A DNA stretch of 64,000 bases, taken from positions 1 to 64,000 of IMG/VR virus record IMGVR_UViG_3300045988_130724. One strand, given 5' to 3'. Shown here in pieces: positions 1 through 7,877 of this stretch (within the stretch, counting starts at the first letter, position 1; each line of letters begins with the position of its first letter). Source of the DNA: a virus. The notes beneath the pieces are model-generated. The model searched no databases. It saw only the letters and a list, made by a program, of their open reading frames with translations, and had not been told where the DNA came from. Both the position numbers and the translations under genes were made by a program.

Positions 1-10
1 ACTTATCCTT
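1..10 (+). repeat. copy of the 10-bp direct repeat acttatcctt (candidate integrase arm-type site)
   Basis: The same 10-mer recurs at 248-257. The 8-mer acttatcc also occurs at 237-244. All copies flank the tRNA fragment and the int gene. Confidence 0.35.
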
Positions 11-92
11 GCACATTTTTTGATAACTTGCAACATACTATATTACAAGCAATTAATCTATAAACTGGATAAACATTCGTAATGAATAGGTC

Positions 93-117
93 CCGGGTTC
101 GAGTCCCGGTTTCGGCT
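93..117 (+). other. 3' fragment of a tRNA gene (T-arm, 3' acceptor strand, discriminator); candidate att core
   Basis: Canonical T-arm ccggg-ttcgagt-cccgg (93-109) is followed by tttcggc-t. The 92 nt upstream contain no matching 5' acceptor strand (gccgaaa), D-arm or anticodon arm. Confidence 0.7.
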
Positions 118-236
118 CAAAGGTAAAACCATACTAATTATCTTATACTTAGGATATTATATTAATGATTTTACTAAATAACTATTCGATTTATAGATTA
201 AAAAAAAAGGATTTTTGTCCAGTGGTGGACAAAATA

Positions 237-257
237 ACTTATCCAAAACTTATCCTT
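237..257 (+). repeat. tandem acttatcc repeats (11-bp spacing) just upstream of int; candidate arm-type or regulatory sites
   Basis: acttatcc occurs at 237-244 and 248-255. The second copy extends to acttatcctt, identical to 1-10. A palindrome ttgtcca-gtgg-tggacaa lies at 215-232. Confidence 0.35.
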
Positions 258-273
258 CAAATTTTAATCTATT

Positions 274-1524
274 ATGGCAACTATCAAATTAACAATTTTC
301 AAGGCAAAAATTTTAAAGGATGGCAGACATAAAATAAGGATAGCAGTCTGCCATAAACAGGAAACTTGCTATATTGTAACACACTTTATCATTGACAACC
401 TTTCCCAGTTTAAAAACGGACAAGTAGTAAAAAGAGCAGATGCATCCATCATAAATACCAAATTAAGAAGCATGATGAATGAACTGCAAGAAAGATTGGA
501 TAATATAAAAAACCAATCCCTATACTCTTGCAAACAAATAAAGAATATGCTTGAATCCGGAACTGGACTCAAAGGAAATGGCTATGTAACATACCAACAG
601 GCTTGTAATGTTCTTATAAAAAATCTGCAAGAGGAAGGAAGAAACAGTTATGCCATATTAATAGAAAGAAACTGTAGATACTTTACAGAATTTACAAAAG
701 GGGAAATATTAATGTCAGACATAACGCCTAATCTAATAGAGGAATTCTCAAGATTTCTCAAAGAAACGAAGAAAATAGGAAATACATCAATAGGAATGAT
801 GCTATCACAATCAAAAGCCGTTATAAACAGAAGTATCAACTCTGGAGAAGTAAGATATGACATACATCCCTTTATCAAGAAAAAAATCCCCAAATCACCA
901 CCAAGAGAACTGGATATTTCTTTGAAAAGCTTTAACGCAATAAGATGTAGCAATCCCAAAGAAAAAAAATACATTGTAGCAAGAGATCTTTTTATGTTGT
1001 CATTTTATTTAGGAGGAATGAATTTAATTGATATAATGAGTGCCAAGTTTAATGGGGACAAGGTAAGCTTTATAAGAATGAAAACAAGATTTAAAACAGA
1101 AACAGAGCAAACCTGTGTTCTTCCTATAATAGGACCCGCTAAAGAAATTATAAATAAATGGATAAACAGAAGAACGAACAAACTCGATTTTGGTTATAAA
1201 TTCTCTTATCACAATTTTTCAAGGTATGTATGCAGATCTTTATCTACATTAGCAGATAATTTAGGGATTAAAGAAAAAGTGGTATTTTATTCTGCAAGGA
1301 AATCATTTGCGCAATACGCATTCGATCTTGGAATACCTGACAGCATAATAGATTATTGCCTGGCACATTCTGACAATGGAAGAGGAGTAGTAAGATATTA
1401 TACAAAAACTAGGTTTAAACAGGCAGAAATAGCAATAAACAGAGTTGCAGATTATATAAACAACCCAAACAAATATAAAGAATATATTGAGATGAAAGCT
1501 GACATAATGCTAATGAAAATTTAA
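274..1524 (+). CDS. int: tyrosine recombinase / phage integrase (Bacteroidetes type)
   Basis: 416 aa. N-terminal arm-binding-like 'KDGRHKIRIAV'. C-terminal catalytic-type residues in 'ARKSFAQ', 'LAHSD' and 'VRYY'. It lies next to the tRNA fragment. Confidence 0.9.
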   Translation: MATIKLTIFKAKILKDGRHKIRIAVCHKQETCYIVTHFIIDNLSQFKNGQVVKRADASIINTKLRSMMNELQERLDNIKNQSLYSCKQIKNMLESGTGLKGNGYVTYQQACNVLIKNLQEEGRNSYAILIERNCRYFTEFTKGEILMSDITPNLIEEFSRFLKETKKIGNTSIGMMLSQSKAVINRSINSGEVRYDIHPFIKKKIPKSPPRELDISLKSFNAIRCSNPKEKKYIVARDLFMLSFYLGGMNLIDIMSAKFNGDKVSFIRMKTRFKTETEQTCVLPIIGPAKEIINKWINRRTNKLDFGYKFSYHNFSRYVCRSLSTLADNLGIKEKVVFYSARKSFAQYAFDLGIPDSIIDYCLAHSDNGRGVVRYYTKTRFKQAEIAINRVADYINNPNKYKEYIEMKADIMLMKI

Positions 1525-1694
1525 GCACAACAAAGCCACCTTCATCAAAACGACAAAGGGAATCATTTTATAAATCCACCTCTCTAAACGTTCCATTGTA
1601 TCATGGCTAGCAGTTGGCAGAATACCCAATGAGGAATATCATCCGATTGCTCAAGCAATATGTTCAACTTATCATCTTTCATATTATGTTAACA

Positions 1695-1729
1695 TAAAAA
1701 AAGCGGTAAAACCGTTGGGAATTACCGCT
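1695..1729 (-). terminator. intrinsic terminator downstream of the dinD-like gene
   Basis: 8-bp stem agcggtaa/ttaccgct (1702-1709 / 1722-1729). On the - strand it is followed by a T-run (A-run 1696-1701 on +). It sits between the convergent int and dinD-like genes. Confidence 0.6.
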
Positions 1730-1852
1730 TAATGTTAAATAGTTACTTTATTTATTGAAAGGCTACGTTGACCGTAGCTCATTAGTGTAGATGTATGGGG
1801 GGGTATCTTTTTTGCACCTTTAGATTGCAGACAAAACTACAATTCGAAGAAA

Positions 1853-2659
1853 TTATTTATCAATTTTTTTCATTTCCTTCGCTGTCATTTTAAGAGCCTT
1901 TTTAATTATAGGCAGTTCTTTTTCTTGTGGCAACTGTTCAGGTTTGCGCCCGGTATTTTGTTCTACTATATTTCGGACTTGTCTTCCAACAGTATAGTGT
2001 GTTTGTTCTAAATTAGCTTGTCCAGATATTTGTTTACTCTTTATAAGCTCTTCAGTTTGGGTAACACGGAATAGATTGGCAGCAAGTTCGGTACGGCTCA
2101 TTCTGTCAAATAGCTTTCCTTTTTTAATGCCACGTTTCTTTTCAAGCTTCCACGATTCCATATTATACATGCCCAGATAACCTGCATTTTGAAACTTTGC
2201 ATAATCAGTCACATTTGCGGCTTTTGCCGTTGAAGCGAGAGATTTGTTTCCATCTGCAAGTTCTTCACGTATTAGCACGCGGTCTATTTCCTGATTGTTT
2301 TCAATGTATAATTCAAATTTTCGTGTTTGCTGTGCAAAATAAGCTTGCGCCAATGCTACCTCTGGCTTTTTTGGATCGCCATTCATAGCAGCAAGGTAAC
2401 ACGCAAAACGTGTAAGTTTGAAATCTTGGAATTCAACGCCATTATTATTGCGTTTCACAGCTATTATATTTTCATAATGAGGAATGTTGAGCGAAACAAA
2501 AGCCTTTGTCGCGCGGTCAAGAACTTTACAAAATGCTTTCATATCATTATATCCAAGCATAACCATTACTTCTGAGGCCCACCAATAAACGATGCCGTTT
2601 TGGTTTTTAAAATCTTCAAAAGAAAGAATCGCATTGTTGTTTTCTTGTTCCATTTCCAT
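1853..2659 (-). CDS. dinD: DNA-damage-inducible protein D-like (Bro-N-type N-terminus)
   Basis: 268 aa. The overall pattern ('[15 protein letters not shown]', '[14 protein letters not shown]', '[12 protein letters not shown]') matches my recollection of the DinD family. Confidence 0.7.
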   Translation of the reverse strand: MEMEQENNNAILSFEDFKNQNGIVYWWASEVMVMLGYNDMKAFCKVLDRATKAFVSLNIPHYENIIAVKRNNNGVEFQDFKLTRFACYLAAMNGDPKKPEVALAQAYFAQQTRKFELYIENNQEIDRVLIREELADGNKSLASTAKAANVTDYAKFQNAGYLGMYNMESWKLEKKRGIKKGKLFDRMSRTELAANLFRVTQTEELIKSKQISGQANLEQTHYTVGRQVRNIVEQNTGRKPEQLPQEKELPIIKKALKMTAKEMKKIDK

Positions 2660-2821
2660 CTATAATTTAAAATTCGGCTCAAAGATAGAATAAAGTATTT
2701 GTTATTCCAATATATATTTATAATTAAGATATATAATTTTATTGGATTTTTGTATATAATTTCACGACTATTTTGTAAAAACGGTAATTCCAACAAGTCA
2801 AAGAACGCTTCTGTTCGATTA

Positions 2822-3244
2822 TTATTTTTCCATTCCCTTTCTGCAATGTTCACACAAGAATTTCTTGGCAACAGGAAACATCTTCTGACCGACATATCCG
2901 CTGAGATATTGTGCTTCCTCTCCATAAGGGTCAATCCCGAAAGCCTTGGAAATATGCCGGCATAAATGACCTTTTTCGTGGTCCCACGAATTTTGAAACT
3001 GTTCGGGGGTAGAAGTCAAAGAGAGCACCATTACCGTCTCTCTTCTCCTGTAGTCCGAATAGGTAAGTCCGGTATTCATCCTGCCTTCCATCAGGTTGCG
3101 ATACGCACGTTTGAGGGAATCCCCCCTGCATCCTATACGGTACAGGTCGGTAATGATTTCCTTAGCCCAATAAGTGTGTACCGCATAATACACCTTGACG
3201 TGCCAGTCCCCATATCTTGGTATGTAGAACTCCTGCACAATCAT
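2822..3244 (-). CDS. small HExxH protein (putative Zn metallopeptidase, possibly M78/ImmA-like)
   Basis: 140 aa with 'WDHEKGHLCRH' (HExxH). Its start overlaps the stop of the upstream gene (ATGA). Confidence 0.4.
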   Translation of the reverse strand: MIVQEFYIPRYGDWHVKVYYAVHTYWAKEIITDLYRIGCRGDSLKRAYRNLMEGRMNTGLTYSDYRRRETVMVLSLTSTPEQFQNSWDHEKGHLCRHISKAFGIDPYGEEAQYLSGYVGQKMFPVAKKFLCEHCRKGMEK

Positions 3245-3660
3245 ATCACATCCGACCAGATTACAGGAATACCTTTACCGATGCAGGTGGCAAAAAACTC
3301 GTCAAACGCCCTGCAAGGATCGCCATCAATATCATCAAGGTAGCATTTTATATGCTTGCACAAATGTGCTTCGTCAACCAATGATTTTTTGAAAAAATCC
3401 GCTTTCAACATATTTGCAACATAGGCAACGTCATATCCTTTGTCGTGTTCGATGGTAATTCCGTTTGCTTTGAGCATATCGTCCACCTCATCTTTACTCC
3501 AAGGGTCAAGTTTCTTTTCCTTGCCTGTTGCCTCGTCTTTCACTTTCATTTTTGAAACAGCCCATTCGTAAAGTTTTTTACTGAAATGGAATCCGTATGA
3601 TTCCAGGTATTCTTGCATTCCTGATGGGAATTTGCTATATGTATCTAATCTTTGTTCCAT
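3241..3660 (-). CDS. hypothetical protein, translationally coupled to the HExxH protein
   Basis: 139-aa ORF. 4-nt overlap with 2822..3244. No motif recognised. Confidence 0.55.
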   Translation of the reverse strand: MEQRLDTYSKFPSGMQEYLESYGFHFSKKLYEWAVSKMKVKDEATGKEKKLDPWSKDEVDDMLKANGITIEHDKGYDVAYVANMLKADFFKKSLVDEAHLCKHIKCYLDDIDGDPCRAFDEFFATCIGKGIPVIWSDVI

Positions 3661-3701
3661 AGCCTTAATTTAAAAAGAGGGGCGTTTCACCCCTCCTGTT
3701 A

Positions 3702-4001
3702 TTAATAGAATTCACCGTTAGAGCGTCTGCGTCTGCGTTCGCCCATTTCATCCATACGCGGATATTCAGGAAAGTATCCGGGGTATCTGCGTTCATCCAT
3801 GCCGGATGAGCTTACACCACCTGAATAACTTCTCCCACCATCACGGAAACCCATCTCTCCGCGCATCTCTCTCATGGCTTTTTCGTAACCTTTGCGGCAG
3901 CCTTCCTTGTAGGCTTCCTCCACTTCGTCACCTCTCATACCGAAGCCGCGTCCGTAATCGTCACGCCCTTCTTCTAATATTTCCCACATTCCCATAATCA
4001 T
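3702..4001 (-). CDS. Gly/Arg/Glu-rich low-complexity small protein
   Basis: 99 aa, e.g. 'GRGFGMRGDEVEE' and 'GERRRRRSNGEFY'. 4-nt overlap with the upstream ORF. Confidence 0.5.
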   Translation of the reverse strand: MIMGMWEILEEGRDDYGRGFGMRGDEVEEAYKEGCRKGYEKAMREMRGEMGFRDGGRSYSGGVSSSGMDERRYPGYFPEYPRMDEMGERRRRRSNGEFY

Positions 4002-4555
4002 TTCTTGTTTTTAGATGCTTCAACCACTCCGAGCTGTTCCATTAACTTCTGATTCTGTGCAATGAGGTCAGCCATATTTTTGCTCATTTCCTGCATGTTC
4101 TTATCCATATTGGACATTTGCCCTTTCAATGCGGATATTTCCTGCTCCTGCTGTTGCTTGGCTGCAAATTCAGGGTTCAGCATGGCAAGCATTTGGTCAC
4201 ATACCCTAAGAAAGTTCTGATGATATTCCACACTTTTTAGGACATCCTCACTTTTCTGCTTCATGGTAAGGACCTCAGTATTCATTTCGTCTCTTGACCC
4301 TGTAATCAGCATCCCTGTCTTAATATCATCGGCAATATTGGCATTAGCCGGTATCTCTTGCAAATTGACATTCTGTCCGTTTATATTCACGACAAAATCA
4401 ATAACCTGTACCGGCTGTGGATAAGGCATGTTGGGAACAGTCTTATATATGGTTTTTATGGGGCTTACATTAACGACCTGCCCACATTCCAAACTTGGAT
4501 TTGCACCTCTATGAAGAAGATATAATGTACTGTTTACTCGTAAGTTTTGAAACAT
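3998..4555 (-). CDS. hypothetical protein with Q/E/M-rich C-terminal coiled coil
   Basis: 185-aa ORF with C-terminal 'AAKQQQEQEISALKGQMSNMDKNMQEMSKNMADLIAQNQKLMEQL'. Confidence 0.55.
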   Translation of the reverse strand: MFQNLRVNSTLYLLHRGANPSLECGQVVNVSPIKTIYKTVPNMPYPQPVQVIDFVVNINGQNVNLQEIPANANIADDIKTGMLITGSRDEMNTEVLTMKQKSEDVLKSVEYHQNFLRVCDQMLAMLNPEFAAKQQQEQEISALKGQMSNMDKNMQEMSKNMADLIAQNQKLMEQLGVVEASKNKK

Positions 4556-4624
4556 GATTGTTTGATTTTAAAGGAGTGTGGCTATTCCCATTTTGGAAAT
4601 CACCACAAAACTCCATGTTAATTA

Positions 4625-5041
4625 TTACTTGCTCCTTAAAGAAGCTGTTTCTGCTGTAGGAGCCGGAGCCGTTGTCGGTCTGTATCCACCATTAACAAGA
4701 TACAATTCGTTGGTGTACTTGTTATAGTGAATTTCATAGATGCCTGTTCCGGCTAAGTTTTCAACAGTCACAGGCTCATTGTTATAAGCCATCAACGGTC
4801 TTGTGTCCCCATTAGTCCCTATCAGTATCGGAAGAGTTGCAGTCGTGCCGGCAGGTATAGCCTGACGGAGGCTGATATAGAACCCTCCAACATAATCCCT
4901 GTTACGGAATGCGTGGTTAGGAAGTTCCAAAGTAACATTCTCCGTGCCGACGGTCACAGCCACCGTAGGAAGAGTGTTGAAATTTGTTCTTCCGATTGAT
5001 GGGAATAGGGATGGGAATCCTGTAAAAAAGTTAGGCCACAT
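4625..5041 (-). CDS. hypothetical protein (start moved to the internal ATG)
   Basis: The track ORF 4625..5128 overlaps the upstream gene by 65 nt. The ATG at 5041 ('MWPNFF') removes the overlap. Confidence 0.5.
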   Translation of the reverse strand: MWPNFFTGFPSLFPSIGRTNFNTLPTVAVTVGTENVTLELPNHAFRNRDYVGGFYISLRQAIPAGTTATLPILIGTNGDTRPLMAYNNEPVTVENLAGTGIYEIHYNKYTNELYLVNGGYRPTTAPAPTAETASLRSK

Positions 5042-5063
5042 ATCTACCTCCTTTCTTACCGGA

Positions 5064-6062
5064 TTAACCCCAGTAGTTGTTGCAACCACATCCACTACGT
5101 CCGTATACAGCGTCACCCATATATGCACCGTAGGCGGCTGCGCGGAAACAATCTGTATTAATAGCGGTTAAATTGGGGTATTGAACACTCACAGTATTGG
5201 GGAGCTTGCATTTGATTCCATCAACGTCTCCTTGTAATGCCTGCAATCCGGCTGCTAAAGGAGCAATCTGTTGTCCTACTGCACTCAGGATAGTGGCGTT
5301 CTGATTACGCTGGGATATTTCGGCTGTTAAAGTAGCCTTTTCCGCAGTAAGAGATGCAATCTTGTCCTGCAATGCCTGATTTTGAATTGCATCAAGTTTG
5401 GCAAGGATAGCATTCGTATTTGCAGTAGCCCCGTCACGCAATGACAACGCATTGTTGTTCATTGTATTGGTAAGGGCATTCATTGATTCGCAATTCTGCA
5501 AACGTCCTTCATAGCCTTGTCTTTCAATAGCTGTTTGCGTTTTGCAGCAACAATCGGCAAGTTGAGTAAGGATAGACTGGTTGCCTGACTGCATAGCATT
5601 AATAATCTGGTTGGTTGACAATCCCACCTGATTACCTACTTGTGTAATGCTATTCTGAACATTGCACAATGCTGTCTGAACCTGTTGGGTAGAGCAGTTG
5701 AATGAAGAAGCCAATTGAGAGATAGCATTACCGTTACCCTGAATAGCTTGCATCAACAATTCGCGTCCTGCGTTTCCTGCCAATTCTGCCGGAAGTCCGT
5801 TAGCTCCGTTTCCTCCACGTCCACCGAACAAACCGCCACCGTTGCCGTTCCATCCAAAGATACTTGCTATCACAACAAGCCAGATAATGCTCCACCATCC
5901 GTCCTGTCCTCCAAAGCCGTTGCCGTTATTCATCAAGGCAAGCAGGTTAGGGTCTATCCCCTTGTTCCCAAACATTCCGGGAAGCATGGCGGTAATGTCA
6001 AGCTTGCTACCACCTGAACCTCCATTGCCTCCGTCTGAATTAAAAACATAAGTTCTTTCCAT
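5064..6062 (-). CDS. Gly/Asn-rich single-pass membrane protein with a long Q/N-rich coiled coil and a Cys-rich C-terminus
   Basis: 332 aa. 'GGNGGSGGS' is followed by the hydrophobic 'WWSIIWLVVIASIFGW', then 'GNGGGLFGGRGGNGANG', heptad-like Q/N/A/L repeats, 'CCCK' and a terminal 'GRSGCGCNNYWG'. Confidence 0.6.
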   Translation of the reverse strand: MERTYVFNSDGGNGGSGGSKLDITAMLPGMFGNKGIDPNLLALMNNGNGFGGQDGWWSIIWLVVIASIFGWNGNGGGLFGGRGGNGANGLPAELAGNAGRELLMQAIQGNGNAISQLASSFNCSTQQVQTALCNVQNSITQVGNQVGLSTNQIINAMQSGNQSILTQLADCCCKTQTAIERQGYEGRLQNCESMNALTNTMNNNALSLRDGATANTNAILAKLDAIQNQALQDKIASLTAEKATLTAEISQRNQNATILSAVGQQIAPLAAGLQALQGDVDGIKCKLPNTVSVQYPNLTAINTDCFRAAAYGAYMGDAVYGRSGCGCNNYWG

Positions 6063-6083
6063 AAGTATTTGTATTTTGTATCC

Positions 6084-6111
6084 CGGTCAAAATTGACCGT
6101 ATGCAAAAGTA
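6084..6111 (-). promoter_or_regulatory. candidate promoter -7 box plus operator-like palindrome upstream of the Gly-rich module
   Basis: On the - strand, TACTTTTG (6111-6104) fits TAnnTTTG. The 16-bp palindrome cggtcaa-aa-ttgaccg (6084-6099) lies at about the predicted +1. The ATG is at 6062. Confidence 0.35.
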
Positions 6112-6134
6112 CATATGTTGTAACTTATGTAAAA

Positions 6135-6428
6135 TCAGTTGTTTCCCAATGATTTCTTTATATTATCCCAATATATTCTCAACATTTTCCCACTTTCCAT
6201 CCTCTCATAGAAATTTGATATCATGTAGTTGACAGCACGTTTGGTTTTGTGGATATGAACGGCTATTTGTGAAGGGTACATGCCGCTTTCAGACAGGAGA
6301 GACACAAGAAGATACCGGGCATCCACTGTTTCCATGTTTTTATCAGAGGATAATATTTGGTCTACAGGCACTTCGGTTTCTTTTGAAACAATATTAATTA
6401 TCTTGGCAAAGATTTCTGATTTGCACAT
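6135..6428 (-). CDS. DnaA C-terminal-domain-like helix-turn-helix protein (putative regulator)
   Basis: 97 aa. 'VDARYLLVSLL...YPSQIAVHIHKTKRAVNYM' resembles the DnaA domain IV pattern. Confidence 0.55.
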   Translation of the reverse strand: MCKSEIFAKIINIVSKETEVPVDQILSSDKNMETVDARYLLVSLLSESGMYPSQIAVHIHKTKRAVNYMISNFYERMESGKMLRIYWDNIKKSLGNN

Positions 6429-6450
6429 AGTTTTTTCTAATTTTTATGCT

Positions 6451-6458
6451 TATCTTTG
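6451..6458 (+). promoter_or_regulatory. candidate -7 box (TATCTTTG) for a + strand small RNA
   Basis: Exact TAnnTTTG match on the + strand, 5 nt upstream of the long hairpin. A TTTG lies at 6420-6423, but the spacer is longer than typical. Confidence 0.35.
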
Positions 6459-6462
6459 CCTC

Positions 6463-6602
6463 GCCACATAAAACATGAGATTTTGATGAACAAAGCATAA
6501 GATATTTATGTTGAAGATATTAGCCCCCAACATCAGGTATCTTATGCTTTATCATGTTTTTATGTGGCAATATTAATATGATGTATGTTGGGGGTTTTTT
6601 TT
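6463..6602 (+). ncRNA. candidate structured small RNA (long hairpin, loop-to-3' pairing, U-tract)
   Basis: The hairpin arms 6463-6478/6552-6568 and 6493-6504/6538-6549 pair, with one bulge. The loop segment cccccaacat (6524-6533) is complementary to atgttggggg (6585-6594), which is followed by T8 (6595-6602). There is no ORF here. Confidence 0.35.
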
Positions 6603-6758
6603 AAATTCTTAGCCCCCGAAAGAACTGCTTTTGTTATTTTTGAGTAATTGCTACGCTTCTACTCGTAGCGTTGTGAGGATAATCCTCGGTATAGTGTTCT
6701 ATTTCATTTTGAACCTCCCTTCTTTTTTATATTATAATTCTGCAATTATACAAATAAA

Positions 6759-7205
6759 TTACCACACCAACAAATTATAACTAATTCCAATTCCTACATA
6801 ACTCCCCGCCGGATAACTATATCCTGCCTGAATTCCTAATCCCCATTTTTTTGATGGACATTTCGGTATGCGCACAATATCATTAGTAACCGTGACAGTT
6901 TTAGGATATACCTTCAAACTGTCCAAGTTCGGGTTATAACCACTGACATAAGCCGTATAGTTACTGTCCCGGTATATCTTCTGCTCGACAGGGAGCACCG
7001 TATCACCTACATGGATAGTATCGCCCGTGTGCCAGCAAATCAAAGGAGTAGGCAGGTAGTAGGGGACCGTATCCCTTCTTATCACAAGGCTTGAGCTGAA
7101 TACCGTATCCGTTCTTGCCTCTATAACTGCTTCGGGGGATGGCTTTGCGAACCATCCTAAACCGAAAGCGAGTACAATCAGTAATATGTAAGGAAGCCAT
7201 TTCAT
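6759..7205 (-). CDS. N-terminally membrane-anchored protein of unknown function
   Basis: 148 aa. Hydrophobic 'WLPYILLIVLAFGLGWF' with no lipobox Cys. Beta-rich, G/Y-rich C-terminus 'WGLGIQAGYSYPAGSYVGIGISY'. Confidence 0.55.
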   Translation of the reverse strand: MKWLPYILLIVLAFGLGWFAKPSPEAVIEARTDTVFSSSLVIRRDTVPYYLPTPLICWHTGDTIHVGDTVLPVEQKIYRDSNYTAYVSGYNPNLDSLKVYPKTVTVTNDIVRIPKCPSKKWGLGIQAGYSYPAGSYVGIGISYNLLVW

Positions 7206-7217
7206 TTCAATTTGGTT

Positions 7218-7877
7218 TTAGCTTGCAACATTAACATACAACCCTACCAAGCTGCTTAAGTCATGGGTCAATGCCTGACCGCTGTCCCTTGTGCAGATAT
7301 ACAATACGTCATTCTGAGTATAGTACTTGTTTTTGTATATCTCCATAGGAGGTGTATAGGGTATCGGGTCATCCTTGGTGCCTGATGCGGTCTCTACAAC
7401 CACTTCGTAGAGTGCTGCCGTAGCCATGCCGGGATATTGGCTCTCCAAAACCATAGGGATATCTTGCCGGACCTTATACAGGTGTTCCTTGTAATTAACC
7501 TTATCCCCCTTGGATAAGGATTCGTCTATGAATTCCGCCCAATCGGGATACAGCGATTTAACTTTCAAAGATTCGCTGTCTGTCAGGCTCAATGTCTGTA
7601 TCTGTTTTTTGGCGGATTCCACCATGTTTTGTGCAGATGCAGCCAATATGTAATCAGCACTATAAGGTTGCGGTTCGTGATTCCATTCTTCCGATTCCAT
7701 GATTTGTACAAATTCGGGGTCATCCATTCTGTAGGTGGGGAAGGAGTCCCTCGGGAAGAGGTTAACGAATTCTTCATGCAGCACTACTTTCGTGCCGTCT
7801 GCGTTGCTTCGCATTGTCGGCAGAGCCAACAGTCCATGTTGGGTCAGCCATTCTATCGTAACGATTGTATATCTCAT
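7218..7877 (-). CDS. hypothetical protein, possibly tail-fibre associated
   Basis: 219-aa ORF with a 4-nt overlap with the upstream gene. 'LYPDW...GDKVNYKEHLYKV' resembles small carbohydrate-binding-like motifs seen in phage fibre genes (weak). Confidence 0.45.
   Translation of the reverse strand: MRYTIVTIEWLTQHGLLALPTMRSNADGTKVVLHEEFVNLFPRDSFPTYRMDDPEFVQIMESEEWNHEPQPYSADYILAASAQNMVESAKKQIQTLSLTDSESLKVKSLYPDWAEFIDESLSKGDKVNYKEHLYKVRQDIPMVLESQYPGMATAALYEVVVETASGTKDDPIPYTPPMEIYKNKYYTQNDVLYICTRDSGQALTHDLSSLVGLYVNVAS

Noticed and set aside
2566-2965. ORFs of 88-122 aa in the AT-rich gap between the dinD-like and HExxH genes
   Set aside because: They overlap real gene ends on both sides and have an I/L/F/N/K-rich composition typical of AT-rich non-coding DNA. 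The region is more likely a promoter or terminator region.
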